Made by a program: the position numbers and the translations under genes | Shown here: one piece after another, positions 1-12,800 of the stretch | Layout of the letters: the number at the start of each line of letters is the position of its first letter | Numbering within the stretch: position 1 is the first letter of the stretch | The notes under the pieces: model-generated | Databases searched by the model: none | The model's input: only the letters and a program-made list of their open reading frames with translations | What the model was told of the DNA's origin: nothing | Source of the DNA: Owenia fusiformis | Lineage: Eukaryota | Length of the DNA stretch: 64,000 nucleotides | Assembly: GCA_903813345.2 (NCBI GenBank) | Contig: CAIIXF020000001.1 | Coordinates: forward strand, 26,908,001 to 26,972,000 | Direction of reading: 5' to 3'

Positions 1-984
1 AGGTTTTTTGCCTAAATCACTATCAGCTGCGGAAGGAGAATCTCGTTTTCAACCAATCTCCATAAAAGCTCTTTCCTCTTTCGTGGATAAAGATTCACCT
101 GACAGGAAACTTTGTCCTCTGAGAGCCTTACGCTTTTACCTACAAGCCACAGTCGCTAGAAGAGGAAACAGGAATAGACTTTTTATTCCATTTAAGCCTG
201 GATACGATGGAGATATACACATTAACACTATCTCATCTTGGGTGAAAAATCTGATCTTGTATACATACAAAAATTCACAAGAATCAGATTACAGGATCGA
301 CTCCATTAAACCCCACGAAACCAGGGCCCTTTCTGCAAGTCTAGCTGTTCAAGCAAACTTATCAGTGGCCGCAGTTCTCAAAGCATGCTCATGGGCAAAT
401 CACAACACATTTACCAGCTTCTACCTCAGAGATACATCAGTGATTGAGGGAGAACTGCGGAAACTGGGTCCTATGATGATTGCAGGCACCCTGTACGACA
501 TATAACTTCAACATTACAGTAGGGTGAGTTCAAAACCTGTTTTCATCAAACATTCTTATTTATTTATTAGAATTAAATTCAGAATGTTTCTACTCATGGT
601 TTGTGGGGCCCTCTGGTTATTACTGAATTCACCCACCACCTTTTTGGCTACATTCAGGCAATTAATTGAGAGGTGGGATGTGTAATAATACTGGGAAAAT
701 CCTTTTTAAATTGATTTTCCTGTTTATAAACATACCCACCTCTCAATTACCAAAGTCCCACCCAACCTCCCCGCTATTCACTAGGGGGAATAGGGAAATT
801 GAGGACCTCAGCACGTGTACTTACTAGTTTTATACTTAGTTGGACGCGTCCAAGTTAATGTCATCAGTAAAAACCAGAGGGGTGTTAGGATACCATATGT
901 TAGATTGCAAAGGAATCTAAGGCAATTAATTGAGAGGTGGGTATGTTTATAAACAGGAAAATCAATTTAAAAAGGATTTTCCCA
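1..984 (+). mobile_element. 3' end of a DIRS1-like tyrosine-recombinase retrotransposon (truncated by window start)
   Basis: YR C-terminus followed by a perfect 58 bp inverted pair (692-749 / 927-984) and a 22 bp direct repeat (656-677 / 920-941), as expected for the ICR and right ITR of DIRS1-like elements. Confidence 0.9.
8..505 (+). CDS. DIRS tyrosine recombinase, C-terminal part (5' partial)
   Basis: Motifs LCPLRALRFY, PHETRALSAS (HxxR) and WANHNTFTSFY (catalytic Tyr); the frame is open from the window edge. Confidence 0.9.
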   Translation: MPKSLSAAEGESRFQPISIKALSSFVDKDSPDRKLCPLRALRFYLQATVARRGNRNRLFIPFKPGYDGDIHINTISSWVKNLILYTYKNSQESDYRIDSIKPHETRALSASLAVQANLSVAAVLKACSWANHNTFTSFYLRDTSVIEGELRKLGPMMIAGTLYDI

Positions 985-1689
985 TTCTATATTGGTTGAG
1001 GGTTCTAGTGTTTTTGTTGTAGGTTAAGTGCAGTTTGTGTGTATGTATTGCTCAATAGTCTTCTCCAAATGTTGTCCCTTGTGTTTTATAATCTGTCTAT
1101 TGGCGTTTTATTCAATAAATCAACTAGCAGTTTGGAGTTTTAATTTCAATCATTATCATTTTGGTGTTTAATTTTTTTTACGATTCCTTTGAATAGCTGC
1201 TTTTCACCCAGATCAAAATGGAAAAAATGCTAGTCTAATAACTCGATGGAAAAATAGTTATTCTACTTTTCTTTAAGTATGGAGTATTTACCATTTAGAA
1301 TGCATGAAAATGTTCAGTATAGTAATGAAACATTCTGAAGTTTAAATCATAGATATAATGAAATATTAGGTGCATGCACCCTGAAAAAATCCAAAAATTA
1401 CATGCTAACCTGTTGAAACTCTGTTTGCAAAAATGCATTTGTTGAGAAATTCTCGGGAGATCCCTGTTTAACATGAAATGTCTTTTAGCAAAAAACAAAA
1501 TCATGATTTCTCTTTTTTGTTTATTTTTTTTATTTTTAGGAATTGTCAAGCAGTATAACTGGAGCTTCACCTAATAATAATATTGCAGTAGTGAAGCAAA
1601 AGTCAACAGAAACGAGTAATATAGAAGCAGCACTAAGTAAATCCAAGGAAAAACAAAATAAAATGGGGGACACAGAAAATAGGTTGGGT

Positions 1690-2010
1690 GGAACACAAAT
1701 AAAGACAATAGTAACACAAAATAAAACAGGGGAAACAGAGAGAAAATTTGGGGGAACGCAACGAAAAACATCCCAAATTAAATCAGAGGAAACACATAAT
1801 AAAACAGGGGAAACTGAGAGAAAATTTGGGGGAACACAACGAAAAACATCAGTTGAAATACAAAATAAAGCAGGGGAAACTGAGAGAAAATTTGGGGGAA
1901 CACAACGAAAAACATCAGTTGAAATACAAAATAAAGCTGGGGAAACAGAAAGAAAACTTGGGGGAACACAACGAAAAACATCATTAAGTAAAGCAGGAGA
2001 AACACAAAAT
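1690..2010. repeat. Tandem repeat, about 66 bp unit, 4-5 copies
   Basis: Recurring aaaataaa-caggggaaactgagagaaaatttgggggaacacaacgaaaaacatc. Confidence 0.85.
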
Positions 2011-2760
2011 AAATCTGTATCTCTTAAATTGGCCGCCAACACCTCTACAGCTGGCGCATATGGGGGCAAGAAAGTGCAACAGAGACTTAAGGTATGATCC
2101 AATACTGAATTATTTCCACTTCTGTGATATACTACTTCCCTTTAACTGCAAATTTATAAAATTAAAGAACAAAAAAGTTTATTTATCTTGGCATGTTAAA
2201 ACACATTTAAATTAGTTTAGAGCTAGAAATATAGATTAGTAGTTTATTGTGGTTGATATACTACTTGGCGAAGATGCACAATCTTTTATTACAAAACAAC
2301 TTGGATTGTTTCATTTTTGTATTTTTAGCAATGGGAGATGATGGCAGGGAATAAGTAGATGGAGGTTATGTTGTCTCAGACAGTATGTTATTTGCAGCAT
2401 AGAGCCCGGAGGAGCATTGACCATGATGATCATTAATGGCCTTGGGCATGCATATGCCAGATGTTGTACCAACGTTGAGGCGACTGAGTGTTTCATCCAG
2501 TTAAGAATCAAAATGTTCAATTTTGGACTTTTTGACCGAATTGTTCCATGTAGTTTTGTTATTATTATGTCACTACCACAAATGGTGACATATTGTTATG
2601 GCCTCCAACCTTTTTGTGACAGCGTTCAGCAGTCTGATCTCTGTGTCTGTAACAAATGGCAGGTGGTGACATTTTGCATGTTAATGCCTTGTTATATAAG
2701 ATATTTGTACATGAAGATATTTTCTGTTTATTTTTAAACAGTGTATATTTAATCATAATT

Positions 2761-3493
2761 TTAAATAGGTATCGATATGGTGAATTGAATTCAACAATGC
2801 TTTTCTCTAAAACCAATTATTGAAAACATTCTGTAAAAAACATGGTCGTTTATGTAATGTTGACTGATTGACAACAATTTAATGCGAAAATTATTTATAT
2901 ATATTTTATATAACTGTTTTTGTTAACATTTTTTGTTTTTTAGTGCAATTGTTTTTTGTTCCTTTCTACCAATTCTTGAGAATGAAATAAAATGTCTTTC
3001 TGAACTTTGTTGGAATAAAATAGCATATACAACATTTTTTTAGACCTCTCAATATTAAAGTTATACAAAGGGAATTTTGGTTGACTTTACAAAAAGTATT
3101 CAAAGAATTAAAACAAAACCCCCAATAGATAAAAATTAAGATGGACCTTTTATTTCATTAACAAGATACTTTTTTAAAATCAACCAAAATTTCCTTTGTA
3201 CAATTACAATATTGAGAGACCTAAACATGTTGTGTTTATGTCGTTTTGTTCCAATGAGGTTTGGAAAAATTTTTGATTTCATTCCGAACATATGATACCA
3301 AGAACAAAAGAAGTGTCTGACGTGTTTTCTAAAATAATATAGAGAAAAGCATATATATTTTTTCAAATTATATTGATACCACTCCAAAGATGACCATTAA
3401 ATTGACGATGTGTAAAATTTTTATAATGTTTTAATGACTGGTTAAAGAGAAACATGTGTTCAAAAAGTTCACCATATCGATACCAATCCTTTA
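2761..3493. mobile_element. Non-autonomous DNA transposon, possibly Kolobok-like
   Basis: Terminal inverted match ggtatcgatatggtgaa / ttcaccatatcgatacc; a related copy starts near 63398. Confidence 0.6.
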
Positions 3494-5869
3494 TAACGAG
3501 TGAATGAATGATTTAAAATGCTTAAAGAATCTTATTGGTAATTATCGCTTATACAAGATTTGTATAAGGATCATGTGTCTCTGTGGATTCATTTTCTCTT
3601 GAGGCTCAACAGTGGTGACACTTGGTAAACCTGCTTCAGTAATTATTTTAATAGCAAAATTGTAAATCTTTTTGTAAATTGCACTTGATAACTATTGCTG
3701 ATAATTTGCAAAAAACACACTCTACATGCATAGATGTCACCCCTAACAGACATTCCTGTATTGAAAATCATTGCATTGAAAGGCATTTTACCTAGCAGGA
3801 TAATTCTTTTCAGTACAGTATGTTTGGTATGACACATATGAGTGGATCTCAGAAATACCAGGGATATGATCCTTGGTAAATAGATGTATAAATCTATCAT
3901 TCAGTATGATAACACCGAACAAAGAGGACTGACTCCCATTGTTCTCTCTCAATATTTAGTCAGAAGAGGGTCTGAGGTAGAAGATTGATTTAATAAAAGC
4001 ATTTGGTGCATTTGCGACCTGTGCTATTTGAAAATCACAGATATAGATATTTACTGTTTAGTTTTTAGTTTTTAAACAGAATACACTGAGGGTGCAACCT
4101 GAGCATGTCCTGAGCGCAAAATGTGGATTTACGCTATTTTTAAGGGAAATGATTAGAGCTGGGTGAATTTCTGAAGCAAAACTATAAGTTTACAATCAAG
4201 AAATTTTGTAATCTTATGAACAGAAGTCTGTCATATGTGGACAATATTTAATAAAACATAATAAATCAGAAAAAATATTGGGCTCGGCTACCACCTCGCC
4301 CAATATTTTTTTGTCGAATAGGTATTCTGCCATATTCAGCTCCTGATCATCCAGTATTTGTTTAATATACTTTTTAGCCAATCAGACAGTTTCTTAAAAA
4401 TACTTCGCAAAAGTGGGAGATATTCAAAATATATTCATAGTAATGAACTGGACTGTCAAAGAGTAAAGTACACTGTTTCATAGCTACTGTGCTATACAAG
4501 GGTTGTTCCATAAGTAATGCACTATATGCTCTAACTTTATGAATACTTCATGATATTTTTCCATGAATGTATTATACTGTACCATAGAGTACCATACAAG
4601 ACAGTTCTACCATTGGCTGTACCATTATACTGTTATGTGGTAATAGACTGTGCTATACTTGTAATATACTAAGTTCTACCAGAGCACATTACAGTTCCAG
4701 ATTACTGTGTTCTAGCCCTGCGCCAGAGTACTGTATTAGATTTTACCTGTATAATGCACTAGACTGTACTGGTGTTCTATACTGAATATTTGTATAATAC
4801 ATTCCTATACATATACATATTATATGTAAATTCTTTATTTAATCATGTCTCACTTTTAATTATTTAAATCAAGTTTTCATCATGTTATTTGTAATATATT
4901 TATTAAGGATAACAGATAATTTGCAATAATTATCCTAATGTTAATCACTTTTAAAGATTTATAATATTACTACATATCTATAATTTTTAGTAATAAATGT
5001 AATATACTGTGCGCTATACAGTACATACTTGTATATAGTTCTTGTGTTGGTTTAATCCAAAATATTTGTGTAGAAGTTACTAGCTAGTATCACTGTAGTG
5101 TATTTGTTTTTTACCAGAAAGTAATAGCCATAACCTTCTCAAAATTGCACACAGTTGATATTTTAAGTTTCCTAAAAACAATTTTGCTTTGGACATTTGG
5201 CTTTGATATTTCAATCTCACTGATCGTTTATGAAATAGAAACTCCAAAATATGAAAATATAATAATAATTGTTCCCATTATTGATCACATTGAGATTGAT
5301 GCATTGTTTTATATCTTATAATGGGAAGGGCATAAACATGAATTCTTTATTTATGATCATGATACTGCACCCAGCAGAATCCTGTTGGATTGTGGTGTCC
5401 ACACATAATAAAGGAACAATTTATCCAATTATAAATAGTTTGATATGGTTGAAATTTCAAAGATTTTGTATGTCTAACCAGGGATGTAAGGGAAATGGTT
5501 TAACACTACCATTATATTATATTCAAAAATCAATATCATAATCCTAACCAAAATACCATGGAACAATATTAAAGGCAGAATCAGATCTATGGGGGTGACA
5601 AAATTGCAAGCAACATGTACGATTGACCTACCAATCTATTCCTTACAATCTCAAATACAATATCTCCCAAAAAGATTCATGATATGTTATAAATTGGTGA
5701 AGTTATAATGGATTCAAAGTGCAAAAATAGGTGCAAAATGTTTAAATTCTCCCAAATAATAAGAAATAATAGAAAAATAATACATTATTGTAAAAATCTT
5801 TAGTTTTCCTGGAATTAAGTGTGCACTTAGGGCAATACAATACACACTGAAGAACAGAGCCACATGGCC

Positions 5870-6165
5870 CCACAAACAATTTCAGAAAATTGTATCTTGG
5901 ATTATGAATATTTTCTGATTATTAAGATAACTGCATCTTTTCGATCCATTCATCATGTCCAAAAAAAGTACCGGTATATATAATGATAGTTTAGACTGTG
6001 CTACTAAAAGGGTAATGAACCCACCAAGTCCAATTGACGTAATTATCATTGTACATGTAAATACTTTTCTTTGAGATAATGAATGGATCTAATAGATATG
6101 CCTGTCTTCATGGTCAGAAAATTGTCAAAATCAAAGATAAAACCACCAGAGATTGTTTGTGATAA
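5870..6165. mobile_element. Degenerate palindromic MITE; same family at about 41985-42505
   Basis: Imperfect inverted arms (acaaacaatttcaga...ttatgaatattttctgatt / tcttcatggtcagaaaat...attgtttg) shared by both loci. Confidence 0.55.
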
Positions 6166-6789
6166 CCTAAATGGCCAAAATGAAGCATTCAGTCTAAATG
6201 ATGTGGATCAGACAAAATGATATCTTATTTATTTCAATTGAACTTTATTAATTACATTCTGTCTTTAAATGCATACATTTTCCAAAGTATGGTATTGCAT
6301 TTTCTCCCATTCCTGCAACCCTGAGGGAAGCTGTCTGAGTGAACATTTTGAATCAAAGTTGGACATTACAACTTTTTATATAATCACTATCGAAGACCCG
6401 AAACACAACCAAGTAGCGTGTATAGGGTATAACATCATAAAATATATTTGGGCAAAGCTCTCCTTTAAATTGGTCACATTTATTCTAGTTGGGATTTTAT
6501 AAATATCAAAGAATAATTTAAAATATTTGACGAATTGATTAAATATTTTCCTAGAAATGATAACTATCTTTGCATTTGATATTTAAAGTTATATTCAGCA
6601 AGTCCCCTGATGTTGTTACACATGATATACTGCAGCAGAATCGTCATTTTAATTTAATACTAACAAACTGCAGGGTTGTTGTTGTGATACAAGAATAGCA
6701 GCATTGTCATTACAGTTATACACAAAAGCACCAAGATAGTCTTCATAGTAATGCATATTTATTGTAGAATACTGAATGCAGCATTGTCA

Positions 6790-7330
6790 CAATCATAATG
6801 CACATACCACAACATAGCCACTGTAGTAATACACATACCACAACATAGCCATTGTAGTAATACACATTATACAGCAAAGTCCTTGTAGTAATACACATAC
6901 CTCAGCATAGTCATTGTAGTAATACACATACCACAGCATAGCCATTGTAGTAAAACACATACCACAGCATAGTCATTGTAGTAATACACATTCGCCAACA
7001 TAGTCATTGTTGTAATATACATACCAGTATAGTCATTGTAGTAATACACATACCGCAACATAGCCACTGTAGTAATACACATACCACAACATAGCCATTG
7101 TAGTAATACACATTCTACAGCAAAGTCCTTGTAGTAATACACATACCACAGCATAGTCATTGTTGTAATACACATTCGCCAACATAGTCATTGTTGTAAT
7201 ATACACACCAGCATAGTCATTGTAGTAATACACATTCTACAGCATAACCATTGTAGTAATACCACAACATAGCCATTTTAGTAATACACATTCTACAGCA
7301 AAGTCCTTGTAGTAATACACATACCACAAC
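6790..7330. repeat. 30 bp minisatellite, left array
   Basis: Unit approx. catagtcattgtagtaatacacataccacag. Confidence 0.95.
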
Positions 7331-9166
7331 TCTGCAAAGATTATGTATTAATTCTAATGGTTGTGGAAATGGCGGTTGCTATAGTAACGTCAAAAATCGG
7401 TAGGCGGGGCAACTTTATTTGATCGTAAAATCCATGGATGTAGTTAGATTTCATCTTGAAATGTCATATGTTTTATCTGAAAGATTTGCAACCATAGAAA
7501 CAGGTTTTGACATCAGTGTGAAAGATGCAACTTTTCTGAGTATAGTTATTACTGTGACATCACATAAAAAGGTATGACATCACAGAAAAGGTTTCAATAG
7601 AGAGACCCAAGATGGCAGCTGACTGTGGTCTTGTGAAAAGTCAAGATGAAATTCAAATTCAAATCCGTAGTGTGATAAGATTTTGTGTGTTATCCAAGAA
7701 ATCAAGAGGAGAAACAATAAAAGCAGTTCAAGATATTTATGGAAAGGAGTTAATGAGCACACATATACCATATACCAATGGTATCAAAGGTTTGGTTCAG
7801 AGGGAAGAAAATCTGTGATGGATGAAAAACGGACTGGCAGACCGGTAAAAGTCACCAACCCAAAGGCTGTTGAAAGAGTTAAGACAGTTCTAGATGATGA
7901 TCGCCGCATCTCTGTACGGGAACTTAGTGAGAATGTGAACATTAGTATAGGTAGAACACACTTCATTCTGAAAGAGAAGCTTAAAATGAACCTCATGTGT
8001 GCTAAATGGGTGCCAAAGGAGTTAACTAGTGACCAGAGAGCCCGCAGAGTTGAGGTTTCCCAAGAATTTCTAAGACGATACCAAGATGAAGGGGATAGTT
8101 TTCTTCAACGAATTATCACATGCGACGAGGTGTACGTCAGCTATTATGAGCCCCTTGGGAAGAGAGCATCAAGTGGTTGGAGAACTAAGAACTCACCTAC
8201 TCCCATTTCAACCCTGGCAAAACTGACCAAAAATGACGGCAAGGTGATGTTCATTGTGTTTTTGGATAGCTCTGGGGTGCTGCTTACGCATGCAATTCCT
8301 GATGGTCAGAGAATAAACAAGGACTATTATGCAATGGTAAGCTTATTCATTATTAATAAATTAATCAATATAAGAGTAAAAACATTAAATCAAATCAAAT
8401 TTAAAATCAGATTTGAACTATAAAAATGGTTAAGTACAAATGTTAAAGGCATTAGTATCCTATCCTACTGACTATTTCAGGTTCTCAAGAGGCATCTCAA
8501 ACGGGCCTTCTCAAAGAAACGCCCCCTCCTAGAGTTGGCGACAAGAATATTTCATCAGGATAATGCCCCGTGTCACCGGGCAGAATTTGTACTGAACACC
8601 ATAGGAGAACTCGGAATGGAAGTTCTCCCACAGGCACCATATTCACCTGATGAAGCCCCATGCGACTTTGGCGTGTTTGGCCCAATGAAAGATGAGCTGA
8701 GAGGTTTTCGATTTGCATCGACAGAAGATTTGCAGAATGCAGTCCAAAATGCTCTCAGAGCTAGATTTCCTGATGGATTCCATAAAATCTTCCAGGATTG
8801 GGTAGAACGTCATCGAAAGTGTGTCGCATCCAATGGACATTATTTTGAGCATTTAAAGTAGGAATAGAAACATTTACCCCATACTATTTCATGGGATAAA
8901 TGGGACTACATGACATTAAAACACTTGTTACTCTCCACAATGTTGAACTGAATTATATGCCACTATGACGTCAAATAATCTGCCCCGCCTACCCATTTTT
9001 CATGTTACTATAACAACCGCCATTTTCACGACCATTAGAATTAAAACTTAATTTTTGCAGGGTTGTTACACAGATACATTCTGCATCGTCTGTGAAATTT
9101 TCATGGAAAAATATAAAAAACTCTTAAAATGAGAGCAAAATTATGAGAACTTATTGAACGACCTGG
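7326..9166 (+). mobile_element. Mariner (DD34D) DNA transposon with long imperfect TIRs of about 200 bp; outer part of the left TIR lies at 4497-4571
   Basis: 7326-7430 is inverted relative to about 8965-9066; the right end ...ttattgaacgacctgg is followed by TA (9167-9168); transposase inside. Confidence 0.9.
7612..8861 (+). pseudogene. Mariner transposase with one 144 bp intron (8337-8480) and one frameshift (about 7763)
   Basis: WVPKEL motif, TCDE, HQDNA, YSPDEAPCDF with 34 residues between the 2nd and 3rd Asp; phase-0 intron GTAAGC...CTGAC...TTTCAG; the N-terminus from ATG 7612 is in another frame, joined by removing 2 nt in cacatatacc. Confidence 0.88.
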
Positions 9167-9675
9167 TAATACACATACCACAGCATAGCCATTGTAGTAA
9201 AACACATACCACAGCATAGTCATTGTAGTAATACACATTCACCAACATAGTCATTGTTGTAATATACATACCAGCATAGTCATTGTAGTAATACACATAC
9301 CGCAACATAGCCACTGTAGTAATACCACAACATAGCCATTTTAGTAATACACATTCTACAGCAAAGTCCTTGTAGTAATACACATACCACAGCATAGTCA
9401 TTGTTGTAATACACATTCGCCAACATAGTCATTGTTGTAATATACACACCAGCATAGTCATTGTAGTAATACACAAACCACAGCATAATCATTGTAGTAA
9501 TACACATACCGCAACATAGCCACTGTAGTAATACACATACGCCAACATAGTCATTGTTGTAATATACATACCAGCATAGTCATTGTAGTAATACATATAC
9601 CACAGCATTGTCATCATACACATACTCCACCATAGTCATTGTAGTAATACACATACCACGGCACAGCCATTGTTG
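9167..9675. repeat. 30 bp minisatellite, right array
   Basis: Same unit as 6790-7330. Confidence 0.95.
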
Positions 9676-9810
9676 CAGTACTTACAGGACAGGGCAGCCA
9701 TTTTTAAATTAACATTCAGCTTATATGTGGGTGGCGACCTCCATTACAACTTCACAACTACAGAAGTAGTATATGTAAGTAATACAAACATCTTGGTAAC
9801 TTGACATATG

Positions 9811-12800
9811 CTATCCTTTATTGTCTGTATTACCCCACCCCCTCCGATGCTCTGAAATGCAAAAATATTAAATAGAAAAATTGTCTTTGTTCATCAGTAT
9901 TTTCCACAAAACAAATGTATTTCTACAGTAAAGCAACCTCTCTAGAATAAATCATTGTTTAATAATTTAATCTCTAGTTACAAAATTCAGTTCCTTTTTT
10001 TGGTGATGAAAACACCAATACTATAATTCCATGTATATTGCCTAAATGGTGAAATAAAGAGCATACAGAAAACAGAAAGAAAAGCAGAAAGGATCTGCAT
10101 CTATTCACTAGAATATACAAGAACACAAATGTGTACAAAATGTCCCCACCAAGTGGTGATCCCGTGAAATGGTTATCCTGAAAATGAGTAGACAAGACTT
10201 TACCAACACAATTTGAGGACGGAAAATCCAAAGTGGCCACCTTAAAATTTACCCAGAATGCCAAAAATTTAGTCAGTTCTAGATTTTCATACTAAGAACC
10301 ACCCCTGAAAATTTGAAATTGATCCGTCACACAGTTAACCAGAAAACATGTAAACAAGACTTTACAGACAAGATTTCAGGATGGAAAATCCAAAATGGCT
10401 GCCTTGACATTTACCAAGAATGTCAAAAAACTAATCTGTTTGTAGATTTTCATACTAAGAATCATCCCTGAAAATATGAAATTGATCTACCAAACGGTTC
10501 ACCTGAAAACGGGTAGACAAGACTTTACAGACAAGATTTTAGGACAGAAAATCCAAAATGGCTGCCTTAACATTTACGCAGAATGCAAAAAAAGTAATCA
10601 GATGTAGATTTTCATACAAAGAATCATCCCTGAAAATTTGAAATTGATCTATCAAACCGTTCACCTAAAAACGCGTAGACAAGACTTTACAGGCAAGATT
10701 TTAAGACGGAAAATCCAAAATGGCTGCCTTGACATTTACCCAGAATGCAAAAAAACTAATCAGTTCTAGATTTTCATACTAAGAATCATTCCTGAAAATT
10801 TGAAATTGATCTACCAAACAGTTCACCTGAAAACAAGTAGACAAGACTTTACAGACAAGATTTTAGGACGGAAAATCCAAAATGGCTGCCTTGACATTTA
10901 CCCAGAATGCCAAAAAACTAATGAGATCTAGATTTTTATACTAAGAATCATCCCTGAAAATTTGAAATTGATCCACCAAACAGTTCACCTGAAAACGCGC
11001 AGACAAGACTTCACAGACAAGATTTTAGGACCGAAAAATCCAAAATGGCCGACAATAAAAAAGTCCTTATGAGTTTTTGCTGATTTCTTTTTACAAAATT
11101 ATCACATATAACTACTGTTAACAATAAAGTAGGCTTTTACAGCAAAGTACATCTGAAATTATTTATAAAGCTACTAAATAGTTAAAGTATGAAAACTCAA
11201 AAACACCATTCAATATGATACAAAGTATTATCGCGCGCTAACTTTTCTTAAGACATTCAAAATGGCTGACATGACTGAGCTAGCAGGTCCAAAACCTAAT
11301 CAGATCTAGAATGAAGTGAGCTGAACAAGATGTTAAAGTTTTAAAAGCAACTGTGAAGCAGTTTTTCTTAAAGTTTGCAGACAAGGATTTTAGCATTTGA
11401 CTTCAAAATGGCCGACAGGAAGTAGGTTTTGAGTTAAATTTTTTTCATCCACATCTATAGGCACTCATAAGTTATTCCTGAAAATTAGAAGGTGATACCT
11501 GTAGCGGTTTTGGAGAAAACTGCCGGACGTACGGACGGACAGACAGACAGACAACCAACCAGACAGACGGACGGACGGACGCGCCTAGGACGACAATATG
11601 GCCCCACACTATGTGGTGGGGACATAAAAACTTACCATCCGTCCAATTATCCCAATCTCTGGCCTTTTGTAAAGTTTCTGGATCATCTTTTTCTATTTTT
11701 TCTTCTTTTTCTATATCTTCTAGTTCCTTTTGTTCAGCATCAAAACCAGGATTCATGTTCATTGCCTGGTTCATCATATCATTAGACTCCCTGGAGATTG
11801 ACATAGTATTGAAACAATTTTGTGATCATTTTGGGTTCTTGTTTAAACACTACTGCAAGTCAAAACTGTTTGCACATTGACATAAGGCAATAGAATGAAT
11901 AAATCAAAATTTACTTGGTAAAGTGAAGTGCTCTTATAAGTAGCTACGATTAGACCAGATTAGCAAATATTGATAACATACATTCATATTTCTTAGCATT
12001 AAAATATCATAGATACTTCTTCCACATGATGATGTACTGCAGTTGAAAACTTTCAACCCCCCCTCTTGTATATTTTCAATATATTATTAAAATCAATCAT
12101 ATCGCTTCTAAATTCTAAAGAGAATAAAGAGCAATATAGTATATATGAGGTAGATTGAATCAAAATTATCTTACCCTGGCTTTGGCAACCGTCCTTGTTC
12201 CACTTGCTGGTCATACCATTGGTCTATCGAGTAAGTAGGAATGCTGGGATAGCCTAAACCGAACACTTGGGCCTGCAGAGCATCCTTTGTTAGGATGAAT
12301 GGTCTCAGGGCCTAAATTAAATATGGGAAAGTTAAGTTTATAGATGGTGCTATGAATTGTTTCATTCATTATTCTAACTTTGTGAGAAAAATCCAAAGTG
12401 ACATGCTACATTTTGCAAGATCTGTCCAGTAACTTTAATACAAAAAATACTGCAACAGATCAATTTAAAGCAGTTATGAAAAATCGTATTCGATCAATAG
12501 AATATTTTACCATATCATACACGAACCTGTTGAGGTTTTTCTTTTGGTTTTACATTTTTGTTTTCCTTTCCTTCTTTCTTCATCTTGGCCATCTGTTCCA
12601 CAAAGGGGAGTTCCACTGAAAACAAATATAAATATTCACAGAAAGAACCAAACATATTAAGAAATGAATGATGCTGGTTGCTTAAGTTTTTAAATATTAT
12701 CAACTAGATGATATCAGAATGACACAAAAACTACATAACAAAATATTATACTGTACAATGAAATGCCAATTACAATCAATGTTATCCTCTTTACTGGGTA

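Noticed and set aside
1536-2102. 184 aa and 188 aa ORFs on opposite strands
   Set aside because: Both come from the stop-free 66 bp tandem repeat; no ATG start or splice support for the plus ORF and no recognisable domain
6867-9507. Cys/Tyr/Thr-rich ORFs
   Set aside because: Translations of the 30 bp minisatellite
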